Notes under the pieces: model-generated
Databases searched by the model: none
What the model saw: only the letters and a program-made list of their open reading frames with translations
Told to the model about the DNA's origin: nothing
Made by a program: the position numbers and the translations under genes
Source of the DNA: a virus
Taxonomy: Duplodnaviria > Caudoviricetes
Virus record (IMG/VR): IMGVR_UViG_3300021168_000030
Span: 1-63,841 of that record
Length of the DNA stretch: 63,841 nt
Reading direction: 5' to 3' (one strand)
Shown: one piece after another, positions 20,118 through 29,407 of the stretch
How the letters are laid out: every line of letters starts with the position of its first letter
Position numbering within the stretch: position 1 is the first letter of the stretch

Positions 20118-20813
20118 CCCCGACCAAGAAGCGGTAATTTCGCGGGTAACCTTGGATGAGGGCTTAGGCAACATAACCGCGCTGGTGAGAACTATGTCGG
20201 CCAGCTTCATCGCCTTCCTATATTTAGCCAGCCATGTGTGGTCTGGGCCAGGAAGTTGCCACTGGTAGCGTTTGAGGTTTTTGGGTGGTGCGTTGAAACG
20301 CTCGGTCCAGATTTGATCTCCACTGATCAACAAGCTCAATGTCGGCCACTGCGCCAATACGTGAGCTACAGTGAGCGTCACGCCGCGGGTCAGGTAGCTT
20401 TTCACTACGTCATGGGTAACAGCAGCTATACGAAATTCCTGCGTTGCTTTGGTGCACCACTCGTTTAGCCTAATTCTCTTTAGAGGGGATAGGTGATCGA
20501 CGTAAAACATATGATTACCATTCGCGTCCCAGTTGCTATTGTACAGCTCTTTATTAAAATTAAGCTGAACATACGAAGTAGTATCCGGCATATTAATTTT
20601 GGCGTACCTAATTACGCGCAACATATGCTGCGATTTATTATTTACAATAGATTTCACAGCTCCGCGGACTTCCGGCGCGAGAAGCCCAGTCTGTACTTCA
20701 TCCAGTGTAAGCGGGAAATCATCGCACATGACGGCCGTGCGCCGTCCGGCTAGCTGTCGCGCGCGCTCCAGCATCGACGAGATTACGCGCGGAGTAATGG
20801 TGTAGTTCGGCAT
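20112..20813 (-). CDS. Hypothetical protein
   Basis: 233 aa ORF with AGGAG RBS. Confidence 0.65.
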   Translation of the reverse strand: MPNYTITPRVISSMLERARQLAGRRTAVMCDDFPLTLDEVQTGLLAPEVRGAVKSIVNNKSQHMLRVIRYAKINMPDTTSYVQLNFNKELYNSNWDANGNHMFYVDHLSPLKRIRLNEWCTKATQEFRIAAVTHDVVKSYLTRGVTLTVAHVLAQWPTLSLLISGDQIWTERFNAPPKNLKRYQWQLPGPDHTWLAKYRKAMKLADIVLTSAVMLPKPSSKVTREITASWSGL

Positions 20814-20825
20814 GGTGTCTACTCC

Positions 20826-21020
20826 TTACGCATCAACCATAATCGTGACCCTCTTTGCCCGCCACCCTTGGCGCCTAGCCACAGCCTTCGACGTGATGGT
20901 TCCCAAGCATTCATTTTCCTCAAACATCTGCCACACCTCAGCCGCCGTACGGCCAGCGGCGCCATACACTACGGCTTTGTTCTTTATGTGAACGATCATG
21001 TACGGTTCGTCGATAACCAT
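20826..21020 (-). CDS. Hypothetical protein
   Basis: GGAGG RBS. Confidence 0.55.
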   Translation of the reverse strand: MVIDEPYMIVHIKNKAVVYGAAGRTAAEVWQMFEENECLGTITSKAVARRQGWRAKRVTIMVDA

Positions 21021-21030
21021 GTGACCCTCC

Positions 21031-22350
21031 CTATACCTTGATCCTCACGACGTCACCCCACGGTACCTCGTGCTCAGTGGTCGCGCACCAGATCACATGA
21101 TACCCCGGTTTCTCCACGGGGAACGAACCCAACAAGTCCGTCATGTACATCAGCATGTCCGGCTTAATGTCTTGCTCAGCTAACCATTCAAAGGGCGGCC
21201 GGAAGTCGGTCCCGCCGCCACCGACGCCGCCCTTGACGCGTATGGCTTCGAGCTCGTCGAACGAACTGGCTTCGTCGATGCGCTGGATCTTCGCGTCACA
21301 CCATATCAGGATCATGCGTCGCGGCCTGACATTCGCCAATATGCTACCGATCTCGGCGAAGAACGCAGATAGCTCCTTATCGCCAATGCTCCCCGAGCTA
21401 TCGATCGCACAGACCACTGTGCCAGCGCCATAGTCGGCACGGCCAGGAACTATAATGATAGGATTAAGCACTAAACGCCTCCTATTGGGCCTATTCCATG
21501 TCTCAGTCTTATTGCCAATGCGCCCCGTAATCAGCAATCTGAGCTGCTCACGCCATGACACTTGCGGTTCCAGGATCTCATCGACCATGCGCTGGAAGCT
21601 CGCCGGCATCTTGCCTATGGCCTTGGCGGCGGCCGCAGCGCGCGCAACAGCCTCGCGGTGCTCGCTCTCGCTAGGGAGATCCTCGCGGCCGGTCACCGTG
21701 TCGGTATACGGCTCCCGTAGTTCGTCAAACCTACCGCCATTGTTCGCGGCGTAATTATCTGGCTTACCAGGGACGCGCGAGCCCCGGGCCTGACCGTAAG
21801 TCGAATTACCTTGACCATGCTGACTCTGCTGACCATTACCACCCTGACCACCATTAGGCGGCGGCGGTACAAAATATTTCTCATAGAGATCCTCGACCAG
21901 ATCCTTGCCCGATACCTGGGGATCGTACAGCCACGCTGGATTGCACATCCCGATGTTGCTGGCTACTAAATCTGCGTTGATGATATAGTCCGCGCAGACG
22001 TTAAAGAGCTCCTGGTCCCAGTCGAGGTTTCTCAGCTTTCCTACACTACTGTAGTGCTTCATGCGGGATGGGTGCCTCTGGATCGCGTGGTAGACCTCGT
22101 GCGCCAGCACAAACACCCGCTCCGGGCCTTTTAGGGTCTGGAGGTAATCCGGGTTGTAGTATACGCGCCTACCATCGGTGGCCGCCGACGGAATCGCTGC
22201 AGTCGGATATTCCTCCATCTCGCTATAAAAATAATAGCAGAAGAATGGGCACGCGTTCATGAACCCAACGCGCGCGATCTCCATCATTTGTTTTTGATCA
22301 GGTGTTAGGGTTACCTTGAGGGGTAACCCACTATTCTGCATATTGCTCAT
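21031..22350 (-). CDS. DUF2201-type metallopeptidase + VWA-domain protein
   Basis: AATDG, LAHEVYH (HExxH), D.IIN; MIDAS IDSSGS, GGGGTDFRPPF, YMTD. Confidence 0.9.
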   Translation of the reverse strand: MSNMQNSGLPLKVTLTPDQKQMMEIARVGFMNACPFFCYYFYSEMEEYPTAAIPSAATDGRRVYYNPDYLQTLKGPERVFVLAHEVYHAIQRHPSRMKHYSSVGKLRNLDWDQELFNVCADYIINADLVASNIGMCNPAWLYDPQVSGKDLVEDLYEKYFVPPPPNGGQGGNGQQSQHGQGNSTYGQARGSRVPGKPDNYAANNGGRFDELREPYTDTVTGREDLPSESEHREAVARAAAAAKAIGKMPASFQRMVDEILEPQVSWREQLRLLITGRIGNKTETWNRPNRRRLVLNPIIIVPGRADYGAGTVVCAIDSSGSIGDKELSAFFAEIGSILANVRPRRMILIWCDAKIQRIDEASSFDELEAIRVKGGVGGGGTDFRPPFEWLAEQDIKPDMLMYMTDLLGSFPVEKPGYHVIWCATTEHEVPWGDVVRIKV

Positions 22351-22358
22351 TAGCTTTC

Positions 22359-22595
22359 CTACTCTAGGATATGGTCAAATATGCTGCAAAATACGTCGAA
22401 GATCTTGTTGCGGTCGACCTGCAGCGGATAGGCTCGATAGATGGCGCACATACTATGGTTTACGAAGGTCGCGTCTTCACCTTGGAAAGAGCGAGATTTG
22501 CCATCACTTTTGCGGATTAGCTTGTATTGTCCGGGGCAATCCCTATCAAGGGAGTATTGCTCAGTCTCATAGAAGATTACTTCATCAACACTCAT
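22359..22595 (-). CDS. Hypothetical protein
   Basis: GAGG RBS; ATGA overlap. Confidence 0.5.
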   Translation of the reverse strand: MSVDEVIFYETEQYSLDRDCPGQYKLIRKSDGKSRSFQGEDATFVNHSMCAIYRAYPLQVDRNKIFDVFCSIFDHILE

Positions 22596-23539
22596 GATCT
22601 GATCCTCTCCACGATACCTTTGGCTTGGGCCAGCACGCTAGCACGCGCGCCAGCGTCCTTACGCAAGGTCTCGGCGTCCACGCCGTCGAGCATGGTCTTA
22701 ATGTCCTCGACGACGCGCGTTACCTCCGGCGCGCCGGCCAGGTTCCACCCCGGGAGTAACACGGCCAGCTCGCGTACATTCTCGATCGTAGACTTCTTAA
22801 AACGTGTTGTTATCTTCCCAGTCGCGTTCGTCATGTCCCCCTTATCTCCCAGGTCGGTCGCGCTCCCTTCCAAGCGCTCGACGATATGCTCGACCCGAGT
22901 CCTAACCTCGTCCCACATAGCCTGCGAGGCGCTCTCGACCATCCTGGCCTGACGCGCTTGGAGGGATTTGGTCAGCCGCTCCATCACATGCGCGTCTAAC
23001 CCCTTGAACGCCGCACCGGCGGGTATTGGCTCGAAGTCGAAGTGGATCCGGAACTGACGACGGATGTCGTCAACTCCCGGGTAATCCGCATCCGCCATCA
23101 GGCCGAGGTTCGTTTTGGCCTGGCTGACCAGCACGGGATACTCGACGAGAAACTCATCCAGTAGCCCCATCGCGACGCGCTTTTGCCCAGATAGGGCGCC
23201 GAGGTATTTGTCGAGCAGCAGGTGTGGGAGCAGCCTCGGCCCGGTCTGGCGCTCGGCGTGCGGATCGGATACCCACGGTAGCGTCAGGCTGTAATGCAGG
23301 GTGCGCACCTTCGCAAAAGCATTACGGGTGTTCTTGAGTTTGTCGTCAGCACCCGCCATGATGTTCTTGACGAACCGCCCGACATCGCCGGTTGCGTTGG
23401 CGTCTTGTTTGACCTTCTCTAACATGGTTCGATCCGATCGCTCGGCGTTGAACATGCCTATTGTCACGTTTGCTAAGAGTGCACTTTCGCGCACTGCCTG
23501 CAGCATATCATCTTGGGTTACTGTGAAGTTTCCGTCCAT
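22592..23539 (-). CDS. DUF3150-like protein
   Basis: TLPW...G.RLLP...YP....IR..F...F.FEPIP pattern; lies between the AAA and VWA genes. Confidence 0.65.
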   Translation of the reverse strand: MDGNFTVTQDDMLQAVRESALLANVTIGMFNAERSDRTMLEKVKQDANATGDVGRFVKNIMAGADDKLKNTRNAFAKVRTLHYSLTLPWVSDPHAERQTGPRLLPHLLLDKYLGALSGQKRVAMGLLDEFLVEYPVLVSQAKTNLGLMADADYPGVDDIRRQFRIHFDFEPIPAGAAFKGLDAHVMERLTKSLQARQARMVESASQAMWDEVRTRVEHIVERLEGSATDLGDKGDMTNATGKITTRFKKSTIENVRELAVLLPGWNLAGAPEVTRVVEDIKTMLDGVDAETLRKDAGARASVLAQAKGIVERIRS

Positions 23540-23641
23540 TGGGTTACCTTTCTACTACAGTAGTGGTGGATTTTAGGGTAGAGCGTACCGTGAAGACCCG
23601 CCGTATCGACGGGTCTCTGCGCTGCGCTCCCTGGGAAGCAG

Positions 23642-23872
23642 CTAGTCTTCGGCTAGTGGTCTGAACACCCTCGCGACGCAGCGCCTTACGCGTTGTGCTA
23701 GGCTCGGCTTCTGGTTCACATACACATGGGTCACGCAGCACAGTCCATGGTCCCGTTCACACTCCAGGGCCTCGAAGCATTGGCTGCAATAGAGACCGTC
23801 GGGATCAAGGTCCTCGTCACACATGTGCGCGACTACTAGGAATTTATAACCGCATTTGGCGCAGGTCATCAT
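23642..23872 (-). CDS. Small Cys-rich (Zn-finger-like) protein
   Basis: CAKC and CSQC motifs. Confidence 0.45.
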   Translation of the reverse strand: MMTCAKCGYKFLVVAHMCDEDLDPDGLYCSQCFEALECERDHGLCCVTHVYVNQKPSLAQRVRRCVARVFRPLAED

Positions 23873-24208
23873 TTGTTTTCGTCCTTATCGTCAACTAATT
23901 TTTCGTCGCGTGATACAACTATTATACCAAGCTCGATACACTTCTTCCGGTATGCTTGATAATCGCCTGCGAGAAGCAGCCGATTAAGTTCCGCAAATTC
24001 ATACCAAGCGTGCGTTTGTTCTTTTTCCGTCATGGATATGGTTTCCTCCCAATATCTACATAGTAGGCTTTACCACGAAGCACTTGGTCTTCGGCCCAAG
24101 CGCGAGGCACTCTTGCGGTATCCCTTATAGCTGGATGAGTTGCTCTGTATTCGACTATATCGTTATTCTTATCAAATACCCGCTCAATTTTTACACCCTG
24201 CGTTTTCA

Positions 24209-25444
24209 TCATTCCCGGCTCGCTACCAAAAGTTCCTTGTTCTTCATGAGCCATTGGACGTACGCAGGTTCAGAAACTATAAGTTTCGCACGGTTCTCGA
24301 CCGCAGATATGGCCGCCACTGATAACACCTGCATCTCGACCACCAGCCTATTGATATAGGCCATGATCTGCTGCGCGTTGGCTTCGGTTATGTTATGTGC
24401 CAGCATATACGCGCAGACCATCTGGGCGTCCTTTGCCTCGGGAAGTTTGGCCCTAGCCGGATCATTCTCGATGTCCGCTATGAGCGGGATTTCATCCGAG
24501 TATTTTAGATGCGTGAAGAACTGCGCACCCGCGCCGGGGCCGATCCACCCCGACGCAACCTCACGCGCGATCGGATCGAAGGGGAGCCTATCATGAGAGA
24601 TATCCTCTTCTGATCTGAGCGCGCTCAGGTCTTTATCGAGCAGACATAGCGTTCTGGGCGTGCAGAACGGATCGGTGCCCTCGGGCACGCTCTCCCGGAA
24701 CACGATGCCCGGGTGCTGCTGCGCGAATGAGATGGTCAGATAGTGCGGTGGAATGGTCTGTTTATTGGCCCATTCTAACCAAGCTGGCAGTGAGGCATCG
24801 ATCGACAGCCTACATCTCCGGTTCACCAAAAACATGAGTTCGCGTAGGACACCCGACCGATCACTCATACGGTTTTGAGCGGCGATCACACGCCAGCCTA
24901 CTGGTAGCTCAGTCGTGCCGACCGCGCCCTTGTATAGCAGCTCAGCGGCAGCTTTCTTCACGTCGTCCTCGGCCTGCCCGAACTCATCGAGGAAGAGGAT
25001 ACCGACATCAGGAACCTCACCATCCCATGTGCTAGGACCCCTCGCTACGCCTTCTATGAAAGGAGGCTGCTCCTGCCACGGCTTCCCGGTGGCTGTTCGC
25101 AGCTCACCAGGCTTATGCCAAATACCGTTGGGCTCGACCACATGCGTATTTGACTTAGCAGGATACCACGGCGGGGTACTGAATATCGTATCGAGCGAGC
25201 TGGCGCCCTTGACCGGCAGCATAAATCCCCGCACGTCGACCGACGATATGGTCGCCAGCATGAACTGCACGAGGCCGACGGGCTTGTTGACGCTGCGCGC
25301 CAACTTCGCAGCGGTCTGGAACACGGTATCCGATTTACCGATGCCGGGCCCGCTTTCCAATAGGAGGGCATTGGCGCGGGTGTTGTGCTGGAGTGATGCG
25401 AGCTGCGTGCGCAGGATGACTTCGCTAGCTGATTTCAGATCCAT
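24209..25444 (-). CDS. MoxR/dynein-like AAA+ ATPase
   Basis: SGPGIGKS, DVRG, LFLDEF, AAQNR..D, L.NR, TPR. Confidence 0.9.
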   Translation of the reverse strand: MDLKSASEVILRTQLASLQHNTRANALLLESGPGIGKSDTVFQTAAKLARSVNKPVGLVQFMLATISSVDVRGFMLPVKGASSLDTIFSTPPWYPAKSNTHVVEPNGIWHKPGELRTATGKPWQEQPPFIEGVARGPSTWDGEVPDVGILFLDEFGQAEDDVKKAAAELLYKGAVGTTELPVGWRVIAAQNRMSDRSGVLRELMFLVNRRCRLSIDASLPAWLEWANKQTIPPHYLTISFAQQHPGIVFRESVPEGTDPFCTPRTLCLLDKDLSALRSEEDISHDRLPFDPIAREVASGWIGPGAGAQFFTHLKYSDEIPLIADIENDPARAKLPEAKDAQMVCAYMLAHNITEANAQQIMAYINRLVVEMQVLSVAAISAVENRAKLIVSEPAYVQWLMKNKELLVASRE

Positions 25445-25471
25445 CTTGATAGGTCCTCTCTACTACAGTAG

Positions 25472-25648
25472 TTATAGTTTTTGAATGTTTTCGATCGCGA
25501 TGAGTGTGCTCTCTACCATCACCGCAGTATCAGGATGCTTCGCCGCAATCGCCTTAAGGGCGTGAACAGCAACTCTCACTATTTGTGTGGCTTTCTGTTT
25601 CTCTTTGAAGAGCGCTTCGATGTCGCGTTGTATATCTGGAGATAGCAT
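25472..25648 (-). CDS. Small helical hypothetical protein
   Basis: AAGGA RBS before MLSPDIQ. Confidence 0.5.
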   Translation of the reverse strand: MLSPDIQRDIEALFKEKQKATQIVRVAVHALKAIAAKHPDTAVMVESTLIAIENIQKL

Positions 25649-25664
25649 GTTTGGTCCTTTGGTT

Positions 25665-25877
25665 TTAGGGTTTTGAGCGGCTATGCCGAGCAACCAGCTT
25701 GTCGCTGTACGTAGTAAGCCAATCTGTGTAAGCTGGGAGCACCGCAAGCTGTTTGACCACCGCCGGCGCGCGAAGCACTACTAGGAGCGTTTTGACTATG
25801 GTATCGAAGTCGAACGTGAGCAGTCGCTTGAACGCGCTTTCGGCGTCTGTCTCGAAGTCTGCTGTTGTGGGTACCAT
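25665..25877 (-). CDS. Mini-protein resembling the AAA+ C-terminus, copy B
   Basis: GAGG RBS; paralogue of 25913-26128. Confidence 0.65.
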   Translation of the reverse strand: MVPTTADFETDAESAFKRLLTFDFDTIVKTLLVVLRAPAVVKQLAVLPAYTDWLTTYSDKLVARHSRSKP

Positions 25878-25912
25878 GTGATTTGATCCTCGTTCTACTA
25901 CTACAGTAGTTT

Positions 25913-26128
25913 TTAGGTCAAACGCGCGATCAGCTCGTGCTTATTTGCGATAAGCCAATCGAGGTAAGTCTTCGACGCTAGGAGCTTTTTCCTAGCTGGC
26001 GGTGACAACTCGCGAAGCCCCTGCAGTGTTTTGACTATGGTATCGAAGTCGAACGCTAGCAGTCGCTTGAACGCATCTTCGGCGTCTTCCTCAAAGTCTT
26101 CTAGTGTGGGTACGCTGAGTGCTACCAT
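25913..26128 (-). CDS. Mini-protein resembling the AAA+ C-terminus, copy A
   Basis: Same leader (ACGAGGATCAAATCACATGGTA) as copy B; shared AFKRLL.FDFDTIVKTL. Confidence 0.65.
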   Translation of the reverse strand: MVALSVPTLEDFEEDAEDAFKRLLAFDFDTIVKTLQGLRELSPPARKKLLASKTYLDWLIANKHELIARLT

Positions 26129-26279
26129 GTGATTTGATCCTCGTAAACTCGTGCGGTTGCCTTTGGTTCTACTACAGTAGTGATTTATAAGATCACGCCT
26201 ACCTGATAGGCGAGGATGGCTCCGAGTAGCATAGCCGCTACTATGAGTATGATGAACGCGAAGATCGTACTGAGCGTAT

Positions 26280-26570
26280 TCATCGACGGACCCCGAGCAG
26301 GCGGTCAACTACGATCTGAGTTTCGTTCCACGCACGGATCCCACACGGATCGTTGTAAGTTATGGTGATTTCGTAGCCTGGATTAGACCAGTCGGGGCCG
26401 CCTTCGACGATAGCGCCTGCTTCATGGATTTCGTCGAAGTCTGCGTCCACTGATTTTAAGTCTAGTGGATTGCCACCAGTACCAGGCTCGATGTGGATAT
26501 GCCAGCGTTTGATTGTCATTGGGTCCTCTTTGGTTGGTTGAACGTCTTGTTTCATGGTCTGCGTTCCCAC
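26280..26570 (-). CDS. Hypothetical protein
   Basis: ORF in the early cluster; start uncertain. Confidence 0.45.
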   Translation of the reverse strand: MGTQTMKQDVQPTKEDPMTIKRWHIHIEPGTGGNPLDLKSVDADFDEIHEAGAIVEGGPDWSNPGYEITITYNDPCGIRAWNETQIVVDRLLGVRR

Positions 26571-26776
26571 CCGCGCACAGTCAGCACCATGTCGCGATTG
26601 TCCATGTTTTGCTGGAATTCATATCCCTCGGACACGCCGCGCTCGAATTCACGGGCGATGTGCAAAGCAGTTCCGCGCTCTGGCGCCATAAAACTGTCTC
26701 CCGTCAATCCACGGCCCTGGTTCCAGCCGGCGACAAACGCGTCATCGATGTTCGTAGGCGTGAAAGGGTGGCGCAT
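26552..26776 (-). CDS. Hypothetical protein
   Basis: GGGAG RBS. Confidence 0.55.
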   Translation of the reverse strand: MRHPFTPTNIDDAFVAGWNQGRGLTGDSFMAPERGTALHIAREFERGVSEGYEFQQNMDNRDMVLTVRGWERRP

Positions 26777-26792
26777 ATTTCGTTCTCCCTAT

Positions 26793-27050
26793 TTAGATCT
26801 CGTGATTACCCGACGGAAACCCAGGTCTCTGCAGGGCGCAGTGAAACGCGCTGGCACCGAATTGGTGAAACATCGCCAGTGATTTCACGGCGAATAGGTA
26901 ATCGACCTGCGCGGTGCTCAGGGCCTCACCGTATAATTCGCCCATTCGCGCATTCATGCGGTCGGACTGAGACGCCGCCGCGACGGTCGATCGAGCGAGA
27001 TCATATGGCATTACGCTGTAGGGTATGGGAACGCTTGGTGATTGGTTCAT
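26793..27050 (-). CDS. Hypothetical protein
   Basis: GGGAG RBS; ATGA overlap. Confidence 0.5.
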   Translation of the reverse strand: MNQSPSVPIPYSVMPYDLARSTVAAASQSDRMNARMGELYGEALSTAQVDYLFAVKSLAMFHQFGASAFHCALQRPGFPSGNHEI

Positions 27051-27403
27051 GCCTGCAACTCCCCATTGAGTTCATCGCGCTTGTCAAAGAAAGCGTTGTA
27101 TTGAGCTTTCGACCAGTCCGCTTTGGGGGCAGACCAATCGAAATGTGGAGCAAACTGCTGCATTTCGTCCGTGGTCGGTATGCGCACCTCTAGCCTAATG
27201 GGCTCAGAGCTATTTTCTACTATAGTAGTAGGTTTAGATGGCTGCAACTCTGAGTTGAGTTCAGAGTACCCCCTACCATCGAGATAGTTCGCGATCCAGC
27301 CACGCAGTACCTCAGTCATAGCGCGGCCGGTTCGCTGCGCCTCGACCCGCAGCATACGATAGGCGTCATAAGGCATCGTGAATTTGAAAACTTGGTTTCG
27401 CAT
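27047..27403 (-). CDS. Putative ribbon-helix-helix (CopG/Arc-like) DNA-binding protein
   Basis: Alternating strand VFKFTM, then YRMLRVEAQRTGRAMTEVLRGWI..YL. Confidence 0.6.
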   Translation of the reverse strand: MRNQVFKFTMPYDAYRMLRVEAQRTGRAMTEVLRGWIANYLDGRGYSELNSELQPSKPTTIVENSSEPIRLEVRIPTTDEMQQFAPHFDWSAPKADWSKAQYNAFFDKRDELNGELQA

Positions 27404-27465
27404 TGTAGCTTGAACCGCTGTAAGAGGGTGTTCCTATAAATATAGCTACGATGGTTTTTAGTCAA

Positions 27466-27636
27466 GGGTCAGTTTGGGGTATCTTTGGGGTATGTTTGGG
27501 CCGATGGGCCAATCTGGGCCAAGGGTCAGTTTGGGGTATGTTTGGGGCTGATTGGGGTCAGATTAGGGTCAGTTTGGTCCTTAGGTCAGTTTGGTCCTTA
27601 GGTCAGTTTGGGGTCGGTTTAGGGTATCTTTGGGCC
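27466..27636. repeat. Array of about 15 degenerate ~11-bp G/T-rich repeats (GGGTCAGTTTG / GGGTATSTTTG)
   Basis: Read directly; includes a tandem 17-mer GGTCAGTTTGGTCCTTA x2. Confidence 0.9.
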
Positions 27637-27699
27637 GAGACTATGCAATTTATTGGCTTTTTCCGTGTAGTTATATGATCGTTACAGTTGAAAATGTGT

Positions 27700-27991
27700 T
27701 TCATTCCCAAATTCACTCCGGGAATGAAAAACTTGTAAGTCATTGATATTGCTATTTGTTCCTTTATTCCCAAAACTTTTACCCTAGAGACGCGTAGACG
27801 CCACGACGCCAATGCGTGAAAATCAAAAACTCTTACGTATCTCTTATTTTTTATTGGGAATGAAAGGAATGAAAGGAATGAAAGAAAAAAGCTAGGATTT
27901 CTGCGGCTTTCGTCGATTGTTTCGCGCCCGTTTCGTTCCCAAACGGTGTTTTTGTCGGGAATGGAACCCTTAATCGCCGCAGAAAGCCTAG
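27700..27991. repeat. Direct and inverted GGGAATGAAA repeats in AT-rich non-coding DNA
   Basis: TTCATTCCC/GGGAATGAA pair at 27700-27728; three tandem GGAATGAAA at 27857-27883; CTAGGATTTCTGCGGC / GCCGCAGAAAGCCTAG arms. Confidence 0.85.
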
Positions 27992-28033
27992 GTTTTGTAT
28001 CCTCAAATTAGTGTAAAGAACCGTGAATATGAG

Positions 28034-28063
28034 AAACCCTGCAGGATATTCCCCGCAGGGTTT
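28034..28063 (-). terminator. Probable terminator hairpin
   Basis: AAACCCTGC...GCAGGGTTT just downstream of the 28085 stop. Confidence 0.6.
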
Positions 28064-28084
28064 AATCTCCGCTCGATAGACCAG

Positions 28085-28900
28085 TTATGCCGCTTCGATA
28101 TCCCGCAATGCTTCGTCTAGAAGATCACTTACGCCCATAGCAGGGGTTATTTCCTCTATTGCGTCGATAGTTTCAGGCGCCGATGGGCTCTTTCGTACAC
28201 TAGTTTGTTTGACAACTGACTTAGGCTGCTCGTTCTTAAAATCCCCTATCGTGAGTGTACTAAGCTCTTCGCAGCACGCACGCAGCTGCTCGATATGCGG
28301 GAATTCGTCCGACATGGCTCTGATTTGCGCTAGGAGGGCCGTACGGCGCTTGAACGCCTTGGAGGGGTCTTTCGCCGGGTCGAGCGAAATAGCCCACTCA
28401 GCGACCTCCGCAGGGGTTTCTAGGGGACGTTTGGTATCGATGCACTGGCTGATCATCCGTTGGAGCATATGGTAGCGCCTAGCGAACGCGGTGCGCAGCG
28501 GTCTTGGCGCGGATTTATCCTCGGTCGCGAGTTCCGCATCCCACACGTTTTGCGCGAGTTCCTGCATCGAAGACACATAATTGCATGCATTAGGGTGGCA
28601 AGCGCGCTTGATTTCACCGGCGAATGTATTTATTGCAGTGTCTTTGCCGTTGCGCGTTTTGAGCGCGGCGTCAACACCGCTCTCGATATCGATCAGCTCC
28701 CAGCGTTCCCTGGCACTGATATTTGCCAGTGTCACAAGCTGGCCTTCACGTGTATTGACTGCGTCGTCAGCCGCTACAGTCAGAACGTCTTTCGCGTCGC
28801 GACGATCTTGGTCCTTTGTGGAGACTGCTGCGAAGCTGGCAGTGACCACATCCGATACGCGCGAGACGCGTGATACGTGATTTGTGGTATTGGCTGTCAT
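28085..28900 (-). CDS. Hypothetical protein, first gene of the leftward arm
   Basis: 271 aa; GGAG RBS. Confidence 0.7.
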   Translation of the reverse strand: MTANTTNHVSRVSRVSDVVTASFAAVSTKDQDRRDAKDVLTVAADDAVNTREGQLVTLANISARERWELIDIESGVDAALKTRNGKDTAINTFAGEIKRACHPNACNYVSSMQELAQNVWDAELATEDKSAPRPLRTAFARRYHMLQRMISQCIDTKRPLETPAEVAEWAISLDPAKDPSKAFKRRTALLAQIRAMSDEFPHIEQLRACCEELSTLTIGDFKNEQPKSVVKQTSVRKSPSAPETIDAIEEITPAMGVSDLLDEALRDIEAA

Positions 28901-29153
28901 TGGGGTTTACTCCGTTAGGTTACACTACTGGATGGATGTTTTTTCGACTACTGTAGTGATAGATTTAGTGGTGCAGTGGACTACGGGTGGGACCGGGGGG
29001 AGGACATGGCCAGACGGGGGGGTCGGGGTGGCGGCCGCGTGGTGAAGCTCCCATATGGACGGCACCAAAAAATACCATTGCCATATTTATGTCAACTATG
29101 GTAGATAGCTGCACCGCGCCGAGCGGCGTCTCGGCAGCTCTAAGGGAAACTAA

Positions 29154-29348
29154 ATGACGAAAACACTTACTATGAGTGCACTGATCCTGGTCCTAATCAT
29201 GTCGTTCGCCGTGCCTAGCAAGGCTGACTGGTTCTCCGATTTCGTGGATATGTTCAACGGCATTGGAGACGGCCTCGGTAACGGCGGGACCAGCAACGGC
29301 AACGGCAATGGGAACGGCAATGGGAACGGAAACATTACTTTCGGGTAA
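29154..29348 (+). CDS. Small secreted protein with (NG)n repeat
   Basis: Signal peptide ending PSKA-D; SNGNGNGNGNGNGN; followed by a hairpin at 29367-29405. Confidence 0.55.
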   Translation: MTKTLTMSALILVLIMSFAVPSKADWFSDFVDMFNGIGDGLGNGGTSNGNGNGNGNGNGNITFG

Positions 29349-29407
29349 GCTGTAAGACCGATCAGCGGGCCGCTTTCCTCAGTTTTACGCTGGGGGGAGC
29401 GGCCCTT

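Noticed and set aside
27451-27812. ORFs across the G-rich repeat array
   Set aside because: Low-complexity translations of the repeats with no RBS; treated as non-coding.
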